DNA from: Eledone cirrhosa
Lineage: Eukaryota
Direction: 5' to 3'
Assembly: GCA_964016885.1 (NCBI GenBank)
Contig: OZ024759.1
Coordinates: forward strand, 8,556,001 to 8,620,000
Length of the DNA stretch: 64,000 nt
The position numbers and the translations under genes are program-made. Numbering within the stretch: position 1 is the first letter of the stretch; each line of letters begins with the position of its first letter. The notes under the pieces are model-generated. The model was not told where the DNA came from. It ran no database searches and saw only the letters and a program-made list of their open reading frames with translations. This document shows, one piece after another, positions 46,182 to 60,595 of this stretch.

Positions 46182-46691
46182 TTGGGATGCATTAACTAAA
46201 ATATGGACATGTTTAGCGGGACAGCATTTTATTTGAATTATGGCAAAATGTCGCCCCTACGACTCCCTTAGTAGATACTGGACCATATATGGGGTGGGAG
46301 GATCTATCGTAAGTGTTTAGAGCCTGGAAATGATCTGTGCCGTGTCCAGAAGGATGAAAGTCACAGTTGACCTTGACAGAATTTGAACTCATGCACACAT
46401 ACTTACACATATACAGACACATATTTACACACACACTTCCACATACATGTACACACACACACACAATTATAATTCTTTTACTTATAGTCCTATCAATAAT
46501 GACGGCATTAGCATTGTGTTTGATTTTAGGATAAGAAAGATCTTTTAATAATTCATTTCCAAGATATAGTCACATGGAAAGCAAACTTTTTGTAGCAACA
46601 TAACTTTTTTTTTTTAATATATAATGTTTTATTAAATTGTTTAGAACTACAAGTGAAGTCATTCTTTTCCTTGTTTCAAATATATATATAT

Positions 46692-47076
46692 GGAGGCACA
46701 TGGCTTAGTGGTTAGAGCATTGGGCTTAAAATCGAAAGGTTGTGAGTTCAATTCTCAGACCGGGTGATGTGTTGTTTCCTTGAGCAAGACACTTTATTTC
46801 ACATTGCTCCAGTTTACTCAGCTGTAGAAATGAGATGATAGGGACTGGGGGTCTCTATCATTCCACTGCAAAGTGGTCGTGGCGGTGCCACGGCAAAAAA
46901 ACACCCTGCCCACACTGTAAAGCGGTCGTGGAGGTGCCACGGCAAAAAAGCACCCAGCACTCACTGTAAATGAGGTTGGTGTTAGGAAGGGCATCCAGCT
47001 GTAGAAATCAAGCCAGAATCAGTTCCCGTCCCTCCCTTGCAAGCAGGGAAAAGCGGACGTAAAATGATGATGATGA
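46692..47076 (+). mobile_element. CORE-type SINE family A copy with internal ~50-bp tandem duplication
   Basis: As 537-877, but the GTGGTCGTGG.GGTGCCACGGCAAAAAA.CACCC...CACTGTAAA segment occurs twice (~46873-46970). Confidence 0.85.
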
Positions 47077-47904
47077 TATACATACACACAAACACATTAT
47101 TAGATGTTGTTATAGTTGATTTGTTTCCACCATTTTACAGAGCCTGGCTGCAATGTGTACAATGTCAACCTTCTGTCAAAGAATTTAACTTCTTTGAGAT
47201 CAGCCTCTTCTCAGCTGAAACCTCTTGAGGGGGAACAAAGTTCTGTATTAAAAACTGGTAACTATAATTTATAACTATCTTTTTTTTTTCAGACATAGTT
47301 TATGTGTGTATGTATGAATATATATATGTATGAATATATATATGTATGTGTATATGTATGAATATATATGTGTGTATGTATGTATGAATATATGATAATA
47401 ATGGAGCTGCGGCGTTGCAAATGGGTTACATATGAAAAAAGTTTGTCCTTCATCAGTGATCTTCCAACCATCATAGGCATTTCATCGCTTTAAAGACCAT
47501 ATACCTCCGGTTGGTGCGAGCAACGGCTAAAACAAGTCGTTGGGACACGTAAATAAAGGGGACACGAGGGTAAACAAACAAAATAGTGAAGCAACAGAAA
47601 GTGGGGAAGAAAGAGACAAGTCCCAGATTTCGATGAATTTAAATTCGGTGAAATCGTGAACGAGAGAATAAAGACCATCAAACCTGGTTGAAATGTGAGC
47701 AAGGAAGGAATTCCGCACAGGTCTAACGGGAGGAAGAAGGGGTGTGTGTGTGTATGTATGAATATATATATGTATGTGTATATGTATGAATATATATATG
47801 TATCTGTATATGTATGAATATATATATGTATGTGTATATGTATGAATATATATATGTATGTATATATGTGTGTACATTTGGTTTTATAATTTTACAAATG
47901 TTTG

Positions 47905-48310
47905 CCAATAGAGAGAGAGTCGGTTTCTAACATAGACACAAGACTCTCTCATTGGAATTTACACAACATCAGCTAGGTAGATATGTATGTATGTCTGTAT
48001 GTGTAGATATGGATGTTATTGTATGTGTGGTTGTGGATGTTTTGAGTTGTATGTGTGCATGTGTATATGCTTTGTATCTGTACATGTGTATATGCAGTTA
48101 TTAGATGCAAAGGTTTGGGAATGTTTTACATATTTTTACTGTTCCATTAATGGATTGTACTTGTAATTTCCTAACTAGTTGTGTTCTTTCTGTTTCTGTG
48201 AAGCCTAGCTTCTCAAGATTTGTATTGAAGCAGTTACTAACATATCCCAGTGCCCCAATAATCACAGGTATAAATCTGAAGGTGTAATCAGGGTGGAGTA
48301 TCTGCAGGTG
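47905..48310 (-). mobile_element. RLE-type (R4/NeSL-like) non-LTR retrotransposon 3' fragment
   Basis: Minus strand LQILHPDYTFRFIPVIIGALGYVSNCFNTNLEKLGF...LQVQSINGTVKICKTF..*, stop at 48101-48103; IPV.IGALG is typical of RLE C-termini. Confidence 0.7.
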
Positions 48311-48859
48311 TGTATGTTCCTATAACTTCCAATGACCAATACATGCCATATTGGAATATGGCATATTTTGGTCATTTTAAATCCGACTGAGCCCTTCTCC
48401 TCTCCAGATCTAAACCTATTTCTTCCTGAGAAGGTCGGAGAGAGAGAGGAACATTTGAACCCAGTACTTGACTGGTACATTTTTTTTATAGGTCTTGGAA
48501 AGATTTGAGCTGAGAGAGAGAGAAGGCCACAGACTATTGTTTGTTTGTTTCTTTTCTTACTTTACAGCTCGATGCCTATATAAGGTCAAGTTGTAGTTTA
48601 GGAAGTCTCAATTGACACTCTTCAAGATTCTTGTATTTTACAAATATAAACTACAACATTCCCTACATATATACACATAAAATACACCCAGTACACTCTG
48701 TAAAGTGATTGGCATTAGGAAGAGCATCAAGCTGTACCAAACATGTCAAATATGGATGATATGAGCAAGATGAAGTTGCTATGACGTGTCTAGTATCAGC
48801 TGATGACAACCTAGCAAGGAAAGCAAACATAGAAATGGTGATGGTGATCATTATTTTAG

Positions 48860-49205
48860 GCCCCTCCTAACCAAATATACACCCCATCCCACCAACACTA
48901 CCCCTTTCTCTATAAAGTTATGTTGATACCACAACATCCAGTCCAAACTAATGGTCGTGTAGGTGTCACAACAAAAAACCACACAGTCCACGCTGTAATG
49001 TGGCCGTGTAGGTAACACGGTAAAAACCTCCCAGTCCACACTGTAAACGTGGTTGGTGTTAGGAAGGGCATCCAGCCGTAGAAAACCTGCCAGACAGTCC
49101 TATATGAGCGAGACACGGTCACCCGACCAATCTTACCTCAAATGGGACAATTCCCGTCTAACCCATGCTAGCGTGGAAGATGGACGTTAAACGATGATGA
49201 TGATT
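48860..49205 (+). mobile_element. 3' UTR-only copy of the same RTE LINE family
   Basis: Aligns by eye with 45090-45460 (AAAGTTATGTTG.TACCACAACATCCAG...GGACGTTAAACG(ATG)n). Confidence 0.85.
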
Positions 49206-49451
49206 TCCTGCTGGCAAAGGTTGGATCGGTTGTCACAGACTGCATCAGTACTCAAACAAAGTTAGTCAACCTTCAGATGGGCCAGGGATCTGCGTATCAC
49301 TACTGGGTGGTCATGACTGACAGCTGAAGAGTCCTCCTGGACCTATGTGTGGCAGGTTTTCTATGGCTGGCTACCCTTCTTATCGCCAACCACTTTACAG
49401 AGTCTACTGGGTGCATTTGTACATGATGATGATTTTTTTTTTTTCTTCCAG

Positions 49452-50110
49452 TAGAGGAGTCTGGTGGCCATATTGAACTTCCTGTTTCAGGAGAAGAGGA
49501 TTACTTGGGAGTCAAAAAGTTAGTCAACATTAAAAAGCTTTTTGCCAATCGAGTTCACTTGGGCCACAAAAAGGGAGTCCGTAATCCCTATATGATCCCG
49601 TATCTCTTTGGAAACAGGCTGGATGTTGACATCATCGACCTTGACAAGACACTACCCTTGTTCTGGAGAGCTTTGAACTTCACAGCACATGTAGCCTACC
49701 AACGGGGCATCATACTGTTTATCAGCCGCAACATGCAGATGATGCCGGTCATAGAACGTACAGCGAGAGAATGTGGGGAGTATGCCAACTGCCGTTATTG
49801 GGGCGGTGGGGTGTTCACCAACTGCAAAGTAATGTTTGGCGCCGTCACACGCTTACCTGACCTTGTGATCTTCATCAACACTTTAAACAACGTCTTTGAG
49901 CAGCATACAGCCATCCGAGACAGTGCGAAGATGTGCATCCCTACTGTTGGTATAGTCGACTCGAATGCTGACCCTCGATTAATCTCATACCCTGTCCCCG
50001 GGAATGATGACTCCCCAGCTGCAATAGAACTTTATCTCGACCTCTTCAAGTCTGCAATTCTAATTGGTAAAGACAAACGAAAAGAAGACGAGAGGAAGTT
50101 GTTGGAGTAG
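49452..50110 (+). CDS. MRPS2: Mitochondrial ribosomal protein S2 (uS2m), main/terminal exon
   Basis: Poly-T plus CCAG acceptor. Contains uS2 motifs [60 protein letters not shown] stop at 50110 and AATAAA about 35 nt downstream. Confidence 0.93.
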
Positions 50111-50554
50111 ATTGTGTTTTGTTATTTTTGTAATTAGTTGAATCAATAAATAATGATTTCTCAATATCTGTTGTTTGTCTCCTGATCAAACCCTTGTGTC
50201 ATATCAGAGACCATACCACTGGCATATACAACAAGTGTTCTGGTGTTTGATCAATGGAACAACCTGATCATGAAATTAACAAGTGGCTGAGTATTCCACA
50301 GATACTTTTACACATAACGTAATCCTCAGGGAGATTCAGTAAAACAGTGTATGAGAAAGTTGGTCCTTTAAATTACAAGTACAGTCTTCCAAACAAGTTC
50401 CCATCTCCCCAATTCCACTCCCAAGGTTATGGTCTGTGGTACTCCAGTTGCCATTGAACTTGGGACCTACCTCGTAGTGAAGTGAACTTCTTAACCACAC
50501 AAACCCTATTTAAGGATGCAATTTTCTTGTTACTTTGTGTTAGGAAGTCAGCAA

Positions 50555-53500
50555 CACCATCAAAGCTAGTGACCCTCTAATCTAGAGATTAACCTCAGGT
50601 GAGGTGTGTGTCACCATCAAAGCTAGTGGCCCTCTAATCTAGAGATTAACCTCAGCTGAGGTGTGTGTCACCATCAAAGCTAGTGGCCCTCTAATCTAGA
50701 GATTAACCTCAGGTGAGGTGTGTGTCACCATCAAAGCTAGTGGCCCTCTAATCTAGAGATTAACCTCAGCTGAGGTGTGTGTCACCATCAAAGCTAGTGG
50801 CCCTCTAATCTAGAGATTAACCTCAGGTGAGGTGTGTGTCACCATCAAAGCTAGTGGCCCTCTAATCTAGAGATTAACCTCAGGTGAGGTGTATGTCACC
50901 ATCATAGCTAGTGGCCCTCAGGTGAGGTGTGTGTCACCATCAAAGCTAGTGACCCTCTAATCTAGAGATTAACCTCAGCTGAGGTGTGTGTCACCATCAA
51001 AGCTAGTGGCCCTATCACCTAGAGATTAACCTCAGGTGAGGTGTATGTCACCATCATAGCTAGTGGCCCTCAGGTGAGGTGTGTGTCACCATCAAAGCTA
51101 GTGACCCTCTAATATAGAGATTAACCTCAGCTGAGGTGTGTGTCACCATCAAAGCTAGTGACCCTCTAATCTAGAGATTAACCTCAGGTGAGGTGTATGT
51201 CACCATCAAAGCTAGTGGCCCTCTAACCTAGAGATTAACCTCAGGTGAGGTGTATGTCACCATCAAAGCTAGTGGCCCTCTAACCTAGAGATTAACCTCA
51301 GGTGAGGTGTGTGTCACCATCAAAGCTAGTGGCCCTATCACCTAGAGATTAACCTCAGGTGAGGTGTGTGTCACCATCAAAGCTAGTGGCCCTCTAATCT
51401 AGAGATTAACCTCAGGTGAGGTGTATGTCACCATCAAAGCTAGTGACCCTCTAATCTAGAGATTAACCTCAGGTGAGGTGTATGTCACCATCAGAGCTAG
51501 TGACCCTCTAATCTAGAGATTAACCTCAGGTGAGGTGTATGTCACCATCAAAGCTAGTGGCCCTCTAATCTAGAGATTAACCTCAGGTGAGGTGTATGTC
51601 ACCATCAAAGCTAGTGGCCCTCTAATCTAGAGATTAACCTCAGGTGAGGTGTATGTCACCATCAAAGCTAGTGGCCCTATCACCTAGAGATTAACCTCAG
51701 GTGAGGTGTATGTCACCATCAAAGCTAGTGACCCTCTAACCTTGACATTAACCTCAGGTGAGGTGTATGTCACCATCAAAGCTAGTGGCCCTATCACCTA
51801 GAGATTAACCTCAGGTGAGGTGTATGTCACCATCAAAGCTAGTGACCCTATCACCTAGAGATTAACCTCAGGTGAGGTGTGTGTCACCATCAAAGCTAGT
51901 GACCCTATCACCTAGAGATTAACCTCAGGTGAGGTGTATGTCACCATCAAAGCTAGTGGCCCTATCACCTAGAGATTAACCTCAGGTGAGGTGTATGTCA
52001 CCATCAAAGCTAGTGACCCTCGAATCTAGAGATTAACCTCAGGTGAGGTGTATGTCACCATCAAAGCTAGTGGCCCTCTAATCTAGAGATTAACCTCAGG
52101 TGAGGTGTGTGTCACCATTAAAGCTAGTGACCCTCTAACCTAGAGATTAACCTCAGGTGAGGTGTATGTCACCATCAAAGCTAGTGACCCTCTAACCTAG
52201 AGATTAACCTCAGGTGAGGTGTATGTCACCATCAAAGCTAGTGGCCCTCTAATCTAGAGATTAACCTCAGGTGAGGTGTGTGTCACCATCAAAGCTAGTG
52301 GCCCTCTAATCTAGAGATTAACCTCAGGTGAGGTGTATGTCACCATCATAGCTAGTGGCCCTCAGGTGAGGTGTGTGTCACCATCAAAGCTAGTGACCCT
52401 CTAATCTAGAGATTAACCTCAGCTGAGGTGTGTGTCACCATCAAAGCTAGTGGCCCTATCACCTAGAGATTAACCTCAGGTGAGGTGTGTGTCACCATCA
52501 AAGCTAGTGGCCCTATCACCTAGAGATTAACCTCAGGTGAGGTGTATGTCACCATCATAGCTAGTGGCCCTCAGGTGAGGTGTGTGTCACCATCAAAGCT
52601 AGTGACCCTCTAATATAGAGATTAACCTCAGCTGAGGTGTGTGTCACCATCAAAGCTAGTGGCCCTATCACCTAGAGATTAACCTCAGGTGAGGTGTATG
52701 TTACCATCAAAGCTAGTGACCCTCTAATCTAGAGATTAACCTCAGCTGAGGTGTGTGTCACCATCAAAGCTAATGGCCCTATCACCTAGAGACTAACCTC
52801 AGGTGAGGTGTATGTCACCATCAAAGCTAGTGACCCTCTAATCTAGAGATTAACCTCAGGTGAGGTGTGTGTCACCATCAAAGCTAATGGCCCTATCACC
52901 TAGAGATTAACCTCAGGTGAGGTGTATGTCACCATCAAAGCTAGTGACCCTATCACCTAGAGATTAACCTCAGGTGAGGTGTATGTCACCATCATAGCTA
53001 GTGGCCCTCTAATCTAGCGATTAACCTCAGGTGAGGTGTGTGTCACCATCAAAGCTAGTGGCCCTATCACCTAGAGATTAACCTCAGGTGAGGTGTATGT
53101 CACCATCAAAGCTAGTGGCCCTATCACCTAGATTAACCTCAGGTGAGGTGTGTGTCACCATCAAAAGCTAGTGGCCCTATCACCTAGAGATTAACCTCAG
53201 GTGAGGTGTGTATGTGACCATCAAAGCTAGTGACCCTATCACCTAGAGATTAACCTCAGGTGAGGTGTATGTCACCGTCAAAGCTAGTGGCCCTCTAATC
53301 TAGAGATTAACCTCAGGTGAGGTGTGTGTCACCATCAAAGCTAGTGGCCCTCTAATCTAGAGATTAACCTCAGGTGAGGTGTGTGTCACCATTAAAGCTA
53401 GTGGCCCTCGAATCTAGAGATTAACCTCAGGTGAGGTGTATGTCACCATCAAAGCTAGTGACCCTCGAATCTAGAGATTAACCTCAGGTGAGGTGTATGT

Positions 53501-56500
53501 CACCATCAAAGCTAGTGACCCTCGAATCTAGAGATTAACCTCAGGTGAGGTGTATGTCACCATCAAAGCTAGTGGCCCTCTAATCTAGAGATTAACCTCA
53601 GGTGAGGTGTATGTCACCATCAAAGCTAGTGACCCTCTAATCTAGAGATTAACCTCAGGTGAGGTGTGTGTCACCATTAAAGCTAGTGGCCCTCTAATCT
53701 AGAGATTAACCTCAGGTGAGGTGTATGTCACCATCAAAGCTAGTGACCCTCGAATCTAGAGATTAACCTCAGGTGAGGTGTGTGTCACCATCAAAGCTAG
53801 TGGCCCTCTAATCTAGAGATTAACCTCAGGTGAGGTGTATGTCACTATCAAAGCTAGTGGCCCTATCACCTAGAGATTAACCTCAGGTGAGGTGTGTGTC
53901 ACCATCAAAGCTAGTGACCCTCTAATCTAGAGATTAACCTCAGGTGAGGTGTATGTCACCATCAAAGCTAGTGGCCCTCTAACCTAGAGATTAACCTCAG
54001 GTGAGGTGTATGTCACCATCAAAGCTAGTGGCCCTCTAACCTAGAGATTAACCTCAGGTGAGGTGTGTGTCACCATCAAAGCTAGTGGCCCTATCACCTA
54101 GAGATTAACCTCAGGTGAGGTGTGTGTCACCATCAAAGCTAGTGGCCCTCTAATCTAGAGATTAACCGCAGGTGAGGTGTATGTCACCATCAAAGCTAGT
54201 GACCCTCTAATCTAGAGATTAACCTCAGGTGAGGTGTATGTCACCATCAGAGCTAGTGACCCTCTAATCTAGAGATTAACCTCAGGTGAGGTGTATGTCA
54301 CCATCAAAGCTAGTGGCCCTCTAATCTAGAGATTAACCTCAGGTGAGGTGTATGTCACCATCAAAGCTAGTGGCCCTCTAATCTAGAGATTAACCTCAGG
54401 TGAGGTGTATGTCACCATTAAAGCTAGTGACCCTCTAACCTTGAGATTAACCTCAGGTGAGGTGTATGTCACCATCAAAGCTAGTGGCCCTATCACCTAG
54501 AGATTAACCTCAGGTGAGGTGTATGTCACCATCAAAGCTAGTGACCCTATCACCTAGAGATTAACCTCAGGTGAGGTGTGTGTCACCATCAAAGCTAGTG
54601 ACCCTATCACCTAGAGATTAACCTCAGGTGAGGTGTATGTCACCATCAAAGCTAGTGGCCCTATCACCTAGAGATTAACCTCAGGTGAGGTGTATGTCAC
54701 CATCAAAGCTAGTGACCCTCGAATCTAGAGATTAACCTCAGGTGAGGTGTATGTCACCATCAAAGCTAGTGGCCCTCTAATCTAGAGATTAACCTCAGGT
54801 GAGGTGTGTGTCACCATTAAAGCTAGTGACCCTCTAACCTAGAGATTAACCTCAGGTGAGGTGTATGTCACCATCAAAGCTAGTGACCCTCTAACCTAGA
54901 GATTAACCTCAGGTGAGGTGTATGTCACCATCAAAGCTAGTGGCCCTCTAATCTAGAGATTAACCTCAGGTGAGGTGTATGTCACCATCAAAGCTAGTGG
55001 CCCTCTAATCTAGAGATTAACCTCAGGTGAGGTGTATGTCACCATCAAAGCTAGTGGCCCTCTAACCTAGAGATTAACCTCAGGTGAGGTGTATGTCACC
55101 ATCAAAGCTAGTGGCCCTCTAATCTAGAGACTAACCTCAAGTGAGGTGTATGTCACCATCAAAGCTAGTGGCCCTATCACCTAGAGATTAACCTCAGGTG
55201 AGGTGTATGTCACCATCAAAGCTAGTGGCCCTCTAATCTAGAGATTAACCTCAGGTGAGGTGTATGTCACCATCAAAGCTAGTGGCCCTATCACCTAGAG
55301 ATTAACCTCAGGTGAGGTGTATGTCACCATCAAAGCTAGTGGCCCTCTAACCTAGAGATTAACCTCAGGTGAGGTGTATGTCACCATCAAAGCTAGTGGC
55401 CCTCTAATCTAGAGATTAACCTCAGGTGAGGTGTATGTCACCATCAAAGCTAGTGGCCCTCTAACCTAGAGATTAACCTCAGGTGAGGTGTATGTCACCA
55501 TCAAAGCTAGTGGCCCTCTAATCTAGAGACTAACCTCAAGTGAGGTGTATGTCACCATCAAAGCTAGTGGCCCTCTAATCTAGAGATTAACCTCAGGTGA
55601 GGTGTATGTCACCATCAAAGGTAGTGGCCCTCTAACCTAGAGATTAACCTCAGGTGAGGTGTGTGTCACCATCAAAGCTATTGGCCCTATCACCTAGAGA
55701 TTAACCTCAGGTGAGGTGTATGTCACCAAATCTAGTGGCCCTATCACCTAGAGATTAACCTCAGGTGAGGTGTATGTCACCATCAAAGCTAGTGGCCCTC
55801 TAACCTAGAGATTAACCTCAGGTGAGGTGTATGTCACCATCAAAGCTAGTGGCCCTCTAACCTAGAGATTAACCTCAGGTGAGGTGTATGTCACCATCAA
55901 AGCTATTAGCCCTATCACCTAGAGATTAACCTCAGGTGAGGTGTATGTCACCATCAAAGCTATTGGCCCTCTAACCTAGAGATTAACCTCAGGTGAGGTG
56001 TATGTCACCATCAAAGCTATTGGCCCTATCACCTAGAGATTAACCTCAGGTGAGGTGTATGTCACTATCAAAGCTAGTGGCCCTCTAATCTAGAGATTAA
56101 CCTCAGGTGAGGTGTATGTCACTATCAAAGCTAGTGGCCCTATCACCTAGAGATTAACCTCAGGTGAGGTGTGTGTCACCATCAAAGCTAGTGACCCTCT
56201 AATCTAGAGATTAACCTCAGGTGAGGTGTATGTCACCATCAAAGCTAGTGGCCCTCTAACCTAGAGATTAACCTCAGGTGAGGTGTATGTCACCATCAAA
56301 GCTAGTGGCCCTCTAACCTAGAGATTAACCTCAGGTGAGGTGTGTGTCACCATCAAAGCTAGTGGCCCTATCACCTAGAGATTAACCTCAGGTGAGGTGT
56401 GTGTCACCATCAAAGCTAGTGGCCCTCTAATCTAGAGATTAACCGCAGGTGAGGTGTATGTCACCATCAAAGCTAGTGACCCTCTAATCTAGAGATTAAC

Positions 56501-58640
56501 CTCAGGTGAGGTGTATGTCACCATCAGAGCTAGTGACCCTCTAATCTAGAGATTAACCTCAGGTGAGGTGTATGTCACCATCAAAGCTAGTGGCCCTCTA
56601 ATCTAGAGATTAACCTCAGGTGAGGTGTATGTCACCATCAAAGCTAGTGGCCCTCTAATCTAGAGATTAACCTCAGGTGAGGTGTATGTCACCATTAAAG
56701 CTAGTGACCCTCTAATCTAGAGATTAACCTCAGGTGAGGTGTATGTCACCATCAAAGCTAGTGGCCCTCTAATCTAGAGATTAACCTCAGGTGAGGTGTA
56801 TGTCACCATCAAAGCTAGTGACCCTCTAACCTTGAGATTAACCTCAGGTGAGGTGTATGTCACCATCAAAGCTAGTGGCCCTATCACCTAGAGATTAACC
56901 TCAGGTGAGGTGTATGTCACCATCAAAGCTAGTGACCCTATCACCTAGAGATTAACCTCAGGTGAGGTGTGTGTCACCATCAAAGCTAGTGACCCTATCA
57001 CCTAGAGATTAACCTCAGGTGAGGTGTATGTCACCATCAAAGCTAGTGGCCCTATCACCTAGAGATTAACCTCAGGTGAGGTGTATGTCACCATCAAAGC
57101 TAGTGACCCTCGAATCTAGAGATTAACCTCAGGTGAGGTGTATGTCACCATCAAAGCTAGTGGCCCTCTAATCTAGAGATTAACCTCAGGTGAGGTGTGT
57201 GTCACCATTAAAGCTAGTGACCCTCTAACCTAGAGATTAACCTCAGGTGAGGTGTATGTCACCATCAAAGCTAGTGACCCTCTAACCTAGAGATTAACCT
57301 CAGGTGAGGTGTATGTCACCATCAAAGCTAGTGGCCCTCTAATCTAGAGATTAACCTCAGGTGAGGTGTATGTCACCATCAAAGCTAGTGGCCCTCTAAT
57401 CTAGAGATTAACCTCAGGTGAGGTGTATGTCACCATCAAAGCTAGTGGCCCTCTAACCTAGAGATTAACCTCAGGTGAGGTGTATGTCACCATCAAAGCT
57501 AGTGGCCCTCTAATCTAGAGACTAACCTCAAGTGAGGTGTATGTCACCATCAAAGCTAGTGGCCCTATCACCTAGAGATTAACCTCAGGTGAGGTGTATG
57601 TCACCATCAAAGCTAGTGGCCCTCTAATCTAGAGATTAACCTCAGGTGAGGTGTATGTCACCATCAAAGCTAGTGGCCCTATCACCTAGAGATTAACCTC
57701 AGGTGAGGTGTATGTCACCATCAAAGCTAGTGGCCCTCTAACCTAGAGATTAACCTCAGGTGAGGTGTATGTCACCATCAAAGCTAGTGGCCCTCTAATC
57801 TAGAGATTAACCTCAGGTGAGGTGTATGTCACCATCAAAGCTAGTGGCCCTCTAACCTAGAGATTAACCTCAGGTGAGGTGTATGTCACCATCAAAGCTA
57901 GTGGCCCTCTAATCTAGAGACTAACCTCAAGTGAGGTGTATGTCACCATCAAAGCTAGTGGCCCTCTAATCTAGAGATTAACCTCAGGTGAGGTGTATGT
58001 CACCATCAAAGCTAGTGGCCCTCTAACCTAGAGATTAACCTCAGGTGAGGTGTGTGTCACCATCAAAGCTATTGGCCCTATCACCTAGAGATTAACCTCA
58101 GGTGAGGTGTATGTCACCATCAAATCTAGTGGCCCTATCACCTAGAGATTAACCTCAGGTGAGGTGTATGTCACCATCAAAGCTAGTGGCCCTCTAACCT
58201 AGAGATTAACCTCAGGTGAGGTGTATGTCACCATCAAAGCTAGTGGCCCTCTAACCTAGAGATTAACCTCAGGTGAGGTGTATGTCACCATCAAAGCTAT
58301 TGGCCCTATCACCTAGAGATTAACCTCAGGTGAGGTGTATGTCACCATCAAAGCTATTGGCCCTCTAACCTAGAGATTAACCTCAGGTGAGGTGTATGTC
58401 ACCATCAAAGCTATTGGCCCTATCACCTAGAGATTAACCTCAGGTGAGGTGTATGTCACTATCAAAGCTAGTGGCCCTTTAATCTAGAGATTAACCTCAG
58501 GTGAGGTGTATGTCACCATCAAAGCTAGTGACCCTCTAACCTAGAGATTAACCTCAGGTGTAGTGTGTGTGTGTGTGTGTCACCATCTCAGGTGAGATGT
58601 GTGTGTAACCATCGAAGCTAGTGACCCTCTAATCTAGAGA
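50555..58640 (+). repeat. 57-bp satellite (~140 copies) CACCATCAAAGCTAGTGRCCCTCTAATCTAGAGATTAACCTCAGGTGAGGTGTRTGT
   Basis: Directly visible; unit starts 57 bp apart (50555, 50612). Confidence 0.98.
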
Positions 58641-59184
58641 GTCACTAGCTTCGAAGGTATACCGATGCTTCCTCAATGTATGCCTGGACAATGTAGGAGA
58701 ACATTGTAGAACCCATGACACATGCCACCACATGGTTCCCTGCAGACAAATACTTCAACAGATTGGTAGGCAACAAAATCTGGGACTGTGATAAGACAAG
58801 ATGTCACAATGAATGGAGGTGTTTATCTGAAAACAAGAACAGAAACAAATTTTGGGAAATGTGAAAGGTGAATAAACAAACAACTTGGTTAGATATATTT
58901 TTATTTGATTCATTATTTTATTGGTTTCAGGGAAATGTTTAGAAATTAAATTTAGTTTTTGACTATGTGAGAATTCCCATTGAAGCTGTTGACATCCTGA
59001 TTATGGGTCTGTGAATCTGATTACATTTCTTAATGGTTTGGCTACCCTCTCCCCTTCTGTGGCATGTGGAATAAACTGTCCTACCCTCATGAAACAGAAT
59101 ATCCATAAACTGTTAATTCTATACATTATCCACTAACTTACTCTGTCTCTACAAATATTGCTGTTGTTCTACTACTGTAAGATA

Positions 59185-60095
59185 TGTAGTGCTGGGGCCA
59201 TGATGACCCAGTCCACTATGTAATTAGGTAGTGCTGGGGCCATGATGACCCAGTCCACTATGTAATTAGGTAGTGCTGGGGCCATGATGACCCAGTCCAC
59301 TATGTAATTAGGTAGTGCTGGGGCCATGATGACCCAGTCCACTATGTAATTAGGTAGTGCTGGGGGCCATGATGACACAGTCCACTATGTAATTAGGTAG
59401 TGCTGGGGCCATGATGATCCAGTCCACTATGTAATTAGGTAGTGCTGGGGCCATGATGATCCAGTCCACTATGTAATTAGGTAGTGCTGGGGGCCATGAT
59501 GACCCAGTCCACTATGTAATTAGGTAGTGCTGGGGGCCATGATGACCCAGTCCACTATGTAATTAGGTAGTGCTGGGGCCATGATGACCCAGTCCACTAT
59601 GTAATTAGGTAGTGCTGGGGCCATGATGATCCAGTCCACTATGTAATTAGGTAGTGCTGGGGCCATGATGACCCAGTCCACTATGTAATTAGGTAGTGCT
59701 GGGGCCATGATGACCCAGTCCACTATGTAATTAGGTAGTGCTGGGGGCCATGATGACCCAGTCCACTATGTAATTAGGTAGTGCTGGGGGCCATGATGAC
59801 CCAGTCCACTATGTAATTAGGTAGTGCTGGGGGCCATGACGACCCAGTCCACTATGTAATTAGGTAGTGCTGGGGGCATGATGACCCAGTCCACTATGTA
59901 ATTAGGTAGTGCTGGGGGCCATGATGACCCGGTCCACTATGTAATTAGGTAGTGCTGGGGGCCATGATGACCCAGTCCACTATGTAATTAGGTAGTGCTG
60001 GGGGCCATGATGACCCAGTCCACTATGTAATTAGGTAGTGCTGGGGCCATGATGACCCAGTCCACTATGTAATTAGGTAGTGCTGGTACCATGAT
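59185..60095 (+). repeat. 42/43-bp minisatellite (~21 copies) GGTAGTGCTGGGG(G)CCATGATGACCCAGTCCACTATGTAATTA
   Basis: Directly visible; runs into a LINE/SINE-type 3' tail at 60095-60260. Confidence 0.95.
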
Positions 60096-60595
60096 AAAAT
60101 ACTCCCAGTACATGCTGTAAAGTGATTGACATTAAGAAGAACATCCAGCCATAGAAACCAAGCCAAAAGTGGAACATATGAGATGATGTGGTCACATAAC
60201 CTGTGTAACCTCACTTATGTTACAACCCATGCAAGCATGGAAAATAGACGTTCAACAATTGATGGTGTATATTTTCTTCATCGACAGAGGGGATAATCTT
60301 GTGTATGAAAGACACTATTTTACTTGAAAACATTATTTTCTAATACTCTGGGTCGGACGCCATGCTTTGACGCATAGAGTTACGGCCCTTGCCATTCTGA
60401 GTTCAAATCCCGCCGAGGTTAACTTTGCCTTTCATCCTTACGGGGGTCAATAAAATAAAGTACCAGTAATGTACTGGGATAATTGCTGGCCTTGTGCCAA
60501 ACGTAGAAACATTTATTTTCTAGTACTCTAACAAATGTGATTTTATCGAAGGATGGAAGAAATTTGTTTAAGTTGCTAAGTTCTTAAAGCTAATC

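Noticed and set aside
48798-48830. CTGATGA...GAAA as another hammerhead
   Set aside because: No pairable stems I-III; lies within a degenerate SINE/LINE tail.
49505-50110. Bacterial rpsB by horizontal transfer or contamination
   Set aside because: Preceded by a spliceosomal acceptor, lacks the bacterial coiled-coil insertion and is followed by AATAAA; fits nuclear MRPS2.
50555-58640. Palindromic repeats resembling a CRISPR array
   Set aside because: Head-to-tail units with no unique spacers, no cas genes, eukaryotic context.
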